DNA of 64,000 bases from Bacteroidota bacterium (lineage in GTDB: Bacteria > Bacteroidota > Bacteroidia > Bacteroidales > JAGNHN01). Below, piece by piece: positions 28,560-36,399 of the stretch. A program made the translations under genes and the position numbers. Every line of letters begins with the position of its first letter. Position 1 is the stretch's first letter. Location of the stretch: positions 3,669 to 67,668 of the forward strand of contig JAKLHK010000004.1 in the NCBI GenBank assembly GCA_022710185.1. Reading direction: 5' to 3'. The notes beneath the pieces were generated by a model. It saw only the letters and a program-made list of their open reading frames with translations. It ran no database searches and had not been told where the DNA came from.

Positions 28560-29683
28560 CTAACATAAACGAATATTATCCTCAAGAGGTATTGCATCCT
28601 GGTGTCACACTTAATGATAAGTTAGATGAACTTGGTATGACCAGGAAGGAATTTGCAATACGGACGGGTAAGCCAGAAAAGACTGTAATTGCTGTACTCA
28701 AGGGGGAAAGTTCAATTACACCAGAAATGGCTGTCATTTTTGAAAATGTGATAAAGATACCGGCTCATTTCTGGATGAATAAGCAGGCAAGATATAATGA
28801 ATATAAAGCACGTATAAACCGCAATAAGGTCATCAGCGATGCTGAGGATTGGGCAAGGCGGTTTCCGTATCGTGAAATGGCAGGATATGGTTGGGTTCCA
28901 AACGCAAGAAACATTCGCGAGAAAACAATCAACCTGCTGGACTACTTTGGAATTTCAGATGATGAAGCGTGGAAAGATTTGTATATCAATCGTAAGCTTA
29001 AAGTTGCTGCATATGCATCGTTGAAACACACACAAGAGCCTTATGCTATTTCTGCCTGGTTAAGACAGGGTGAGCTTCAGGCCGAATCCATCGAAGTTGG
29101 ATCATACAGCGAAAAGGGATTCAAAGAAGCGCTGAACTCAATCAGATCTTTGATGGTTGCACAGCCTGCGAATTTTTTTTCAGAACTTCAGAAGATATGT
29201 GCAGAAATAGGGGTTAAGGTATTCTACACACCAAAGCTTCCCAAAGTTCCTATTAGCGGATCCACAAGATGGATTAATGACACACCGATCATTCAGTTAA
29301 CGGCCAGGTATAGGCAAAATGATAGATTCTGGTTCACCTTCTTCCATGAAGCAGGGCATATCTTATTGCATAGGAAGAAATATGTCTCTCTTGAAGGGAT
29401 CGACTTCGCAGAGTCAGACAAAGAAAAAGAAGAAGAAGCGCATAGGTTTGCTGAGAATTGGACTTTTTCAGAAGATCAGGAAAAGGAAGTAATTGCATCA
29501 CTTCCCCTGAAAGAAACAGATGTCATATCATTTGCAAAGAAGTTTAACACTCATCCCGCCATGATTATTGGCAGGCTGCAACATAGAGGAGTTATACCGT
29601 ATAATGCTGGACGTGGATTTATGCTACCAATTGATTTGTCAAGCCAGGTTGAGGTGGGTCGGAAAAACTGGACCAGCAACTAA
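28556..29683 (+). CDS. HigA-type XRE HTH antitoxin domain fused to an ImmA/IrrE (M78, COG2856) metallopeptidase domain
   Basis: The N-terminus reads HPGVTLNDKLDELGMTRKEFAIRTGKPEKTVIAVLKGESSITPEMAVIFENV (HigA/VapI HTH). The C-terminal half carries the zinc motif FFHEAGHILLH. Confidence 0.85.
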   Translation: MTNINEYYPQEVLHPGVTLNDKLDELGMTRKEFAIRTGKPEKTVIAVLKGESSITPEMAVIFENVIKIPAHFWMNKQARYNEYKARINRNKVISDAEDWARRFPYREMAGYGWVPNARNIREKTINLLDYFGISDDEAWKDLYINRKLKVAAYASLKHTQEPYAISAWLRQGELQAESIEVGSYSEKGFKEALNSIRSLMVAQPANFFSELQKICAEIGVKVFYTPKLPKVPISGSTRWINDTPIIQLTARYRQNDRFWFTFFHEAGHILLHRKKYVSLEGIDFAESDKEKEEEAHRFAENWTFSEDQEKEVIASLPLKETDVISFAKKFNTHPAMIIGRLQHRGVIPYNAGRGFMLPIDLSSQVEVGRKNWTSN

Positions 29684-29723
29684 GTTGGATCAAATTCATA
29701 AACCGACCCACCTCACCATGCCC

Positions 29724-29853
29724 ATCAAAGGCAGGAAGCCATAGAACATGATACGTGTATTCATATAAAGATTATTGTGGTGGGCAGGCAAGGCACGGGG
29801 CGGAGGCTTGCGATAAGGCCTTGAAAGATATGGAATATGGGAGTGAATTGCAA
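29724..29853. repeat. 130-bp direct repeat, copy 2 (orphan promoter plus 5' fragment of the LamG/FISUMP gene)
   Basis: Matches 27966..28095. On the minus strand it encodes only a truncated MNTRIMFYGFLPLMG... peptide before a stop. Confidence 0.95.
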
Positions 29854-29962
29854 GCCGCATCCGTGGGAGGTGGCGATTACATGGGATATCTGAGAGCCCC
29901 TCCTGGAAGACAGCAAAATGTATGACACTGCAGTTAGGGACCGGACGCCTGACACCATAGCT

Positions 29963-30658
29963 TCAAATCTTCATCTCATTCAACTGAGACCGCAGACTGC
30001 TCCAGTTCGGAAGGTACTTGTCCAGATAGGCACGGAACTGATCGTTGTGTTTACGCTCAAGAAGGTGGACCAGCTCGTGGGCAACCACATACTCGATGCA
30101 TTCCATTGGCTTCTTCGCCATTTCCAGGTTAATGAGGATGTTTCCGGTCTCTGGGTTACAGGAACCCCACTTCGTTTTCATTCCCCGTACGCGTACCTTG
30201 TTGGTTCTGACGCCCAGGATCTTCTCCCATTTCGGAACGAGTTCAGCAAGGATGATCTTAAGCTCCTTCCTGTACCAGTTCTCCAACAAGGCACCCGCAG
30301 CTTCCTGTGGTTCACCTTCGTTCAGGTAGGCTTCTATATACTTTTTCCGGACTATGCGGACACGGGCTTGCCCCGGATGGTGCTCTCCTGTCATCGTCTT
30401 CAGAAGATAGCCACGACCAAGGAAATAATGGGTTTCCCGATCCAGATACTTTCGGGGGGACTGACGATCCTGACGCTCGAACTTCCGTTGCTGCTTCCGT
30501 ATCCAGGAGAGCCTAGAGATTACGAAAAGCTCAAGTGTCTTCTCATTGACATCACGGGGAGCAGCCAGACGTACCCTTCCCTCCGGGGGGTATACCGCCA
30601 AGTGCAGGTTTTTGATGTCCTTGCGGATCATTTCGACTTCTATGCCAGCAATCAGCAT
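29963..30658 (-). CDS. YgjP-like (DUF45/M48-type) zinc metallopeptidase, R-M associated
   Basis: HExxH motif in the context YVVAHELVHLLERKHNDQF. It lies directly downstream of hsdR with a 1-nt gap, the usual position for this family. Confidence 0.85.
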   Translation of the reverse strand: MLIAGIEVEMIRKDIKNLHLAVYPPEGRVRLAAPRDVNEKTLELFVISRLSWIRKQQRKFERQDRQSPRKYLDRETHYFLGRGYLLKTMTGEHHPGQARVRIVRKKYIEAYLNEGEPQEAAGALLENWYRKELKIILAELVPKWEKILGVRTNKVRVRGMKTKWGSCNPETGNILINLEMAKKPMECIEYVVAHELVHLLERKHNDQFRAYLDKYLPNWSSLRSQLNEMKI

Positions 30659-30659
30659 T

Positions 30660-33600
30660 TCAGATGTACTCCTTTTGGTTCTTCACGATCTCGAAAATCT
30701 TGTTCTGTAGGTCACGGTCCCCTACGTGGCGTAAGATGGCATATTTCACAGCCCGCTCCTTAAGGATGTTCCCTATCCAGCTGTCTTCCCTGCTGTTGCG
30801 TATGTCCTCATCAAGGGCAAGGACCAGCTCGATATTCTCACCGAGATTGTCGTAAAGTGCTTGCCTGGCAGCAGTACTGATCTGACTGGGATACTGGTTT
30901 TCCCGTTTGCCTGGCTGTATCTGGCGGGCAAGTTCCTCCACCTGGCGCAGGAACTCCTCATAACTTATCGCTTCTGCCTTCCGCTGGTCGATCAGCTCCT
31001 GCAGCAATATGCTCATCTTTTCATAATGAGCCGGGTTCATCGGCATCTCCTGGATGATCACCTTGCGCATATTGGCTTCGAGTGTTTCCGCCACGGCATT
31101 CTTGTTCCCCCGAATCGCAGAAGGAAGCCTGGTAGTTGCCTCACCTACTCCCAGTTCATTAATCAGCTGGAGAAGGGTAACCTCTCCGAAGTCACTGATG
31201 ACGCGGCTCGGATCAGCGGAAAGGTACATATCCAGCATCGTCCGCATCTGGGGTTCATATTGCTTCAGGTCGATATAATCCCCGCTGGCAACTTTTATCG
31301 TATCCCGAAGCTCCGTGAAATGCCTCACCCGGTTTTTCAACTGTGATGCTTCTGCATCCGTATATCCAAGCTCCTTCATCTCTGCAGCCGCATTGTTGTA
31401 TGCCCGGATGAGCGAGACCACTGCCTTGTAAAAGGTGAGTCGCTGTTCTTCGTGCTCCTTTAGTGCTGAAGGATCAGAGGTGTCGCCACAGAAGAAGCTG
31501 ATGTATTGTGGGGTGTTCCGGGGCGGTTCAACGCCTTCGCATAAACGTTCCACCGTCTCCAGGGCATCCTCCAGCTTTTCTTTTGCTTTCTCCAGCCTGT
31601 CAACGAGCAATCCCTGTATGTCCTCCGCCTGGAAGTTATCGAAGGCTTCAGAAGTATAATCTGCAATGGCAGTCCGCAGGGAATTGAACAGGTCCTTGTA
31701 ATCTACGATGTAGCCGAACTCCTTGTCTTCCTTCTCGGTCCGGTTCACGCGGCAGATCGCCTGAAACAGCCCGTGGTCCTGCATCTGCTTGTCGATATAA
31801 AGATAGGTGCAAGCCGGGGCATCGAAGCCGGTCAGCAGCTTATCCACCACGATCAGCAGCTGCATATTCGCTGGCTCATCAATGAACTGCTTCTTTACAT
31901 CCTTCTCAAACTGTTCGCGGGATTTTTCGCCCAGCATTCGCTGGTATGTCTCATATTGCTCTTCCTTCTCCGTCTCTCCCTCCCCTGTGCTTTCTCCCTT
32001 GATGGTAGCCAGTGAGGGCTCATACGAGGTGATGATGGCGCATTTGCGGAAGCCGATTTCCTGGAATATCTCGTAGTAGCGGCAGGCTTCATAGATACTG
32101 GAGGTTACCAGCAGGGCATTGCCGTGCCCATTGCGCAGACGGGGCTTGGTGTTAAAGTCCAGGAGGATATCCCCGGCAATCTTATATAGTCGGTCGCGGG
32201 TGCTAAGAATCTTCTGCATCGTACCCCACTGCTGTTTCAGCTCAGCCTTTGGCAGGTCATTCATTCCCCGGGTCATACTCTCGAACCATATATCCACTCC
32301 CTTCTGGTCGTTGATGCGCTGATCCACATCCCTGGCTTCATACAACAGATCCAGTACTATCCCGTCCTCCACCGCCTCGTTGAACTTATAGGTATGGATG
32401 TAGCTGCCGAACACTTCCAGGCTGGTCTGGTCGGTCTTGAGCAATGGTGTGCCGGTAAACCCTATGAAGAGGGCATCGGGCAGCAAATCCTTCATCGCTT
32501 GGTGAAGTAACCCACTTTGGGTACGGTGGCATTCATCGATGAATACGAAGAGGTTGCCTTTGGGCTGGAAATTTGCAGGACGGCGAAGTTCGTTCGCAAA
32601 GTCCTTTGCCGCTTCCTCATCGCTCTTCCCAAACTTATGCACCAGGGAACACAGCAGCCAGGGAAGGGTACCATTGAGCTTGTCGATCAGGTCCTGTCCG
32701 CTGGTGGTACGGTATATACTCTCGTCCACTCCCTTGAAAACCTTTTCGATCTGCTCATCCAACTCCGTCCGGTCAGTGATAATCAGCAATCGAGCATTCT
32801 CCTGATGCTCCCGTATCCACTTGGCAAGCCATACCATCGTGAGGCTCTTCCCGCTACCTTGCGAATGCCAGATGATCCCTCCCTCCCTTCTGCGGATATA
32901 CTCCTGAGCTGCTTTTACCCCGAAATACTGGTTGGGTCGGCAGGTCTTTTTTATCCCGGCGTCGAATACAGTGAAATCGTGGATCATCTCCAGCAACCTT
33001 TCCTTGCTGAGCAACTGCTGCAGCTGCTGATCCAGTATGCTGCTGTCCTTGTCGTAGGTATGGTTTTCCTCCTTCCAGCGCAGGAAGTGCTTCTCCGGAG
33101 TTTTAATGGTTCCGTAGGATAATCCCTGGCTATCGTTCCCTGCAAGCACGAACTGTATGGTAGCAAAGAAGGGCTTAATGAAACGATGGAGCTGGTTATC
33201 AAGGTTTTGGCGAATACCTTCCGACACCATTACGCTGGCACGCTTCAGTTCGAGTACCACTAACGCAATGCCGTTGACGTACACTACCACGTCCGGACGT
33301 TTGGTATGCTCTCCGGGCACGGTAACCTCTTCGGCTACGGTAAAACGGTTGTTTTGTGGATGCTCCCAATCGATCAGGTTCACCGTGATGATCGCATCGG
33401 TTCGCTCGTCGCGTACTTTCACCCCATAACGCAGTATGCTGTATACTGCCTTATTCACCGGGTACAGATCATCCTGAGGGTTCACGGCTGCTGCGCGTAC
33501 CAGGTCTTGTACCGCCCTCGTTATTATCGCATCCGTGTACTTTTCCTGGCTTCTTAGCCACGCTTTCAGGTCACCTTCCCGGATGTTGCTGTTCTGCAGG

Positions 33601-33686
33601 TCTTTGAGGTTGCCAAGGTAGGAATAACCCAAGGCGTCAACCATCAGTTGGATCACACGATCCTGTGTCAACCTTTCCTTGATCAT
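30660..33686 (-). CDS. hsdR: Type I restriction endonuclease subunit R
   Basis: 1008 aa. N-terminal nuclease region (RPDVVVYVNGIALVVLELK), helicase motif I (HSQGSGKSLTM), motif II (FIDECHRTQ), later SF2 motifs (DKLLTGFDAP, QAICRVNR). Confidence 0.95.
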   Translation of the reverse strand: MIKERLTQDRVIQLMVDALGYSYLGNLKDLQNSNIREGDLKAWLRSQEKYTDAIITRAVQDLVRAAAVNPQDDLYPVNKAVYSILRYGVKVRDERTDAIITVNLIDWEHPQNNRFTVAEEVTVPGEHTKRPDVVVYVNGIALVVLELKRASVMVSEGIRQNLDNQLHRFIKPFFATIQFVLAGNDSQGLSYGTIKTPEKHFLRWKEENHTYDKDSSILDQQLQQLLSKERLLEMIHDFTVFDAGIKKTCRPNQYFGVKAAQEYIRRREGGIIWHSQGSGKSLTMVWLAKWIREHQENARLLIITDRTELDEQIEKVFKGVDESIYRTTSGQDLIDKLNGTLPWLLCSLVHKFGKSDEEAAKDFANELRRPANFQPKGNLFVFIDECHRTQSGLLHQAMKDLLPDALFIGFTGTPLLKTDQTSLEVFGSYIHTYKFNEAVEDGIVLDLLYEARDVDQRINDQKGVDIWFESMTRGMNDLPKAELKQQWGTMQKILSTRDRLYKIAGDILLDFNTKPRLRNGHGNALLVTSSIYEACRYYEIFQEIGFRKCAIITSYEPSLATIKGESTGEGETEKEEQYETYQRMLGEKSREQFEKDVKKQFIDEPANMQLLIVVDKLLTGFDAPACTYLYIDKQMQDHGLFQAICRVNRTEKEDKEFGYIVDYKDLFNSLRTAIADYTSEAFDNFQAEDIQGLLVDRLEKAKEKLEDALETVERLCEGVEPPRNTPQYISFFCGDTSDPSALKEHEEQRLTFYKAVVSLIRAYNNAAAEMKELGYTDAEASQLKNRVRHFTELRDTIKVASGDYIDLKQYEPQMRTMLDMYLSADPSRVISDFGEVTLLQLINELGVGEATTRLPSAIRGNKNAVAETLEANMRKVIIQEMPMNPAHYEKMSILLQELIDQRKAEAISYEEFLRQVEELARQIQPGKRENQYPSQISTAARQALYDNLGENIELVLALDEDIRNSREDSWIGNILKERAVKYAILRHVGDRDLQNKIFEIVKNQKEYI

Positions 33687-35209
33687 AGGTAGCGTTTTCT
33701 CATTTTGGTCTGCCTGATCTTCCCTTTACGGGTTAGGCGGTACTTCTGATTACTGCTTGTCGCCCTGGAGATGGTCATTTCTATCAAACCTTCCTCCAGC
33801 GCCGGGTTCAGATAATTGTCCCGAAAACTGTTCGTATCTCGTAATTCAAGTACATCCATCAACTCTACCCGGCTCATTTCTCCAGAGATACACCACAGTA
33901 CCCTCTCTACAAGTGATTGAATATCTGCGATATCAACCACAGATTCAGGTTCAGCTTGTGGGGTGACTTGTGGGGTGACTTGTGGGGTGACTTGTGGGGT
34001 GAAAGCCTTTCGGTAGATGATGGTCTTGAACACATCTTCCTGACGGAATCCGGGTTCCGGAAGTCCTGCCTGTCTGCAATCACGTATCATATCTCCGGTA
34101 CCGGTACCCATTCGTTCAATATACCCAAGCTGGTACATTGGTTCTGCCAGCAAAGGATTCGCCGGGAACGAAGCATGAGGCTTACGAAGCTGGTCAATGG
34201 ATAAACTTGGGGGAAGATGCCCTGGATTCCAAACCTCCAGACGGTCTTTAAACAGCATCACCTGAACACTCCCGGTACTCGTATAATCACGGTGGGCGAC
34301 AGCATTCACTATCGCTTCCAGTATGACGGTTCTTGGGATCTCATAGGTCACCGGAACATCATTGGATGCTTTGCGCGTTCCGGTAGCTACATCAATGCGT
34401 GAAAGCACAAAGTCAGCTGCCTGATCGATTAGTTCAAACACATCTCCCCTCAGGTCTTTCTGTGCCAGTATGGGTTTGGCGATCTCGGTTCCATGAAAAT
34501 GGGCACATTTCACCAGCGATGTCACAAACCATCTTTGAGGATCATTGCCGAATAAGAGAAGGGCACTATTGGTAAGATTTCCGGACCTCAACAGGTTAAG
34601 ATGAGTTAATACATCCGGAACAGAAGAGCCTGCGGACAATGGGAACCCGCGCTTCGCCTTCGCGGATTCAATGAATGATCGAACTTTCTCATCAGAAATA
34701 TCGGACAGTTTTGCCTCCCGGTTCGCGGCAGCATCGAAGGGGGCAGTCTGTATCGACTGCCGCTTCATAAGATATTCAACCAGTGCACTGTACACCTGGG
34801 TCTTCAAATCTGACAGGCTATCAAACCTATGGCGGACCAATTCCGATTGTGCCTTCTCCACCAGTGCCTGCATTTTCGGATGGCGGTCATCCTTTTCTCC
34901 ACGAAGCAAGACCACACGATACCGATGTTCCTGCGATGCTGCCAGATATTCCTGCTCTGTAGGCGAGGTCCGGTCGGCATTCTCAAATCCATACTCCGAT
35001 CCCCATAACCCAAGATAGATCTCACATCTGCCTGCCGCTTCAAGGTAAACCTGGTCTGCCCGTTGATCCGATGCCGGCAGCATCTCGAACAGCCAGGGCT
35101 CGAAGAACTGTCCAAGCAGCTTATCTCCCAGGATGTATTCCGCGAGAGCCTGCCGTTCTGCCGCAAACTCACGCTGGACACTACTTATGAACACCCTGGA
35201 TTTACTCAT
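33683..35209 (-). CDS. DUF4062-like N-terminal domain + HATPase_c_4 (RecG-like putative DNA-binding ATPase) + C-terminal winged-helix protein
   Basis: The N-terminus (RVFISSVQREFAAERQAL...CEIYLGLWGSEYG) resembles DUF4062, from memory. The central block EAIVNAVAHRDYTSTGSVQVMLFKDRLEVWNPGHLP is the HATPase_c_4 signature. The C-terminal part is wHTH-like. ATGA overlaps couple it to hsdS upstream and hsdR downstream. Confidence 0.75.
   Translation of the reverse strand: MSKSRVFISSVQREFAAERQALAEYILGDKLLGQFFEPWLFEMLPASDQRADQVYLEAAGRCEIYLGLWGSEYGFENADRTSPTEQEYLAASQEHRYRVVLLRGEKDDRHPKMQALVEKAQSELVRHRFDSLSDLKTQVYSALVEYLMKRQSIQTAPFDAAANREAKLSDISDEKVRSFIESAKAKRGFPLSAGSSVPDVLTHLNLLRSGNLTNSALLLFGNDPQRWFVTSLVKCAHFHGTEIAKPILAQKDLRGDVFELIDQAADFVLSRIDVATGTRKASNDVPVTYEIPRTVILEAIVNAVAHRDYTSTGSVQVMLFKDRLEVWNPGHLPPSLSIDQLRKPHASFPANPLLAEPMYQLGYIERMGTGTGDMIRDCRQAGLPEPGFRQEDVFKTIIYRKAFTPQVTPQVTPQVTPQAEPESVVDIADIQSLVERVLWCISGEMSRVELMDVLELRDTNSFRDNYLNPALEEGLIEMTISRATSSNQKYRLTRKGKIRQTKMRKRYL
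33955..34002. repeat. Perfect 12-bp x 4 in-frame tandem repeat, encoding (TPQV)4
   Basis: CTTGTGGGGTGA is repeated four times without mismatch. It falls in the linker of the DUF4062/HATPase_c_4 protein (FTPQVTPQVTPQVTPQAEP). Confidence 0.95.
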
Positions 35210-36399
35210 ACCAGTCGGATTTTGCCAGTTAGCAGGGCTTGCATCATACCTAGCTTTTGGAGTTTGAGCTTCTGGAGCTTTGTTTCCAACAATTCAGTCT
35301 GTTCATCCAATGCAGAAAGTGAGTTAGCGATGTCTTCCTGTTCCTTAATGGAGCTGGGCTTATACAGGATAACATTCTTTACAATTTCCTTATTAAGATT
35401 TAGTACGCTACTTCCCGCAGCCATATTAAGATATTGATTTAGGACAAACGTGGAGGTAAGTGAATAGTACAAGAATTCACGATTGAAATCAGTCTGATAA
35501 TCTTGAAGTACTAACCACCCGTCATGAATACACCCTCCAATCCTTAGAATATAAGGTCTTCCAAAACTCATTGAATTTGAAAGTAAAAGGTCCCCCTCAA
35601 AGACTACTCTTGAGTTTCTAATCCCTTCAGCAACAATTTTTTCATTTGTTGAATCAATAAACCTGCTTTTGGGTCTTGTATCTCCGATTTTAATCCAATT
35701 TATTCCATTTGGGTCATTGGTCAAGTAGTCTTGAATGGGTCTTGGTGAACCACCTCTGCTTACCTTAATAGTATTTCCTACTTTTACTTTAACCCACCCC
35801 TCCTTCGGTCGCAGCAGCTCCTGCATCACGCCTTTCTTGATGGCTTTCTTCTTCTCGATGAGCTGTTCGGTGTGGGCGATGAGGGCATCCATATCCGTGA
35901 GAGCTTCGGCGATGGCGGCTTGCTCGGAGAGAGGGGGAAGGGGGATTTGAGTCTTTGAAACAACCGTCCATTCAGCACGAGGCATTTTTGTTCCTATACT
36001 GATCATTGCTGATGAAATCACACGTTCGCTTTGCACAGTGTAGTATAGGTAATGTGAAGTTATCGTTTTGCCTTTCTTTAAAACCCAAATTTCCGTTGAA
36101 CAAATGCCATTATCCTTCGGCAATAGGAATTTTCGTAAATATGGTCTTAGCTTTCCAAACAAAACGTCTCCTGGTTCAAAGATTGCCTTCTGACTTATGA
36201 CAGATTTTGCTGGTGTAGAGCCAAGAATCCTGCCGGTCCCAACTGAAATATGTTCTAGTTCTATGCAGGGTGTATCATCATTAAGAGAACTTGCAAATAC
36301 GCGCTTCTTTGAGGGAACACAAAGGTTCCCCAAAAATGAAACCTCCCAGTTCTCAGGTATCAACCCTATTTCCGTCTGTTTATATCCTTCATTCTTCAT
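35206..36399 (-). CDS. hsdS: Type I R-M specificity subunit S (two target-recognition domains)
   Basis: The typical features are present: GLIPENWEV, FGKLRPYL, LPPLSEQAAIAEAL..D..I conserved central repeat, and a C-terminal LQKLK..MMQALLTGKIRL. Confidence 0.93.
   Translation of the reverse strand: MKNEGYKQTEIGLIPENWEVSFLGNLCVPSKKRVFASSLNDDTPCIELEHISVGTGRILGSTPAKSVISQKAIFEPGDVLFGKLRPYLRKFLLPKDNGICSTEIWVLKKGKTITSHYLYYTVQSERVISSAMISIGTKMPRAEWTVVSKTQIPLPPLSEQAAIAEALTDMDALIAHTEQLIEKKKAIKKGVMQELLRPKEGWVKVKVGNTIKVSRGGSPRPIQDYLTNDPNGINWIKIGDTRPKSRFIDSTNEKIVAEGIRNSRVVFEGDLLLSNSMSFGRPYILRIGGCIHDGWLVLQDYQTDFNREFLYYSLTSTFVLNQYLNMAAGSSVLNLNKEIVKNVILYKPSSIKEQEDIANSLSALDEQTELLETKLQKLKLQKLGMMQALLTGKIRLV

Noticed and set aside
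28096-29723. Partial tRNA-Thr or tRNA-Pro 3'-half copies (attL/attR-type duplications) at the far ends of the two islands
   Set aside because: I looked by eye for GGACTCGAACC and GGATTCGAACC-type segments near 28.1, 29.9, 41.9 and 51.4-51.7 kb and found none. I therefore make no att-site claim. A proper alignment search would be needed to exclude short degenerate copies.
29918-30763. 281-aa plus-strand ORF
   Set aside because: It lies antisense to the YgjP-like peptidase gene, which has a clear HELVH motif and operon coupling to hsdR. The plus-strand product has no motifs.
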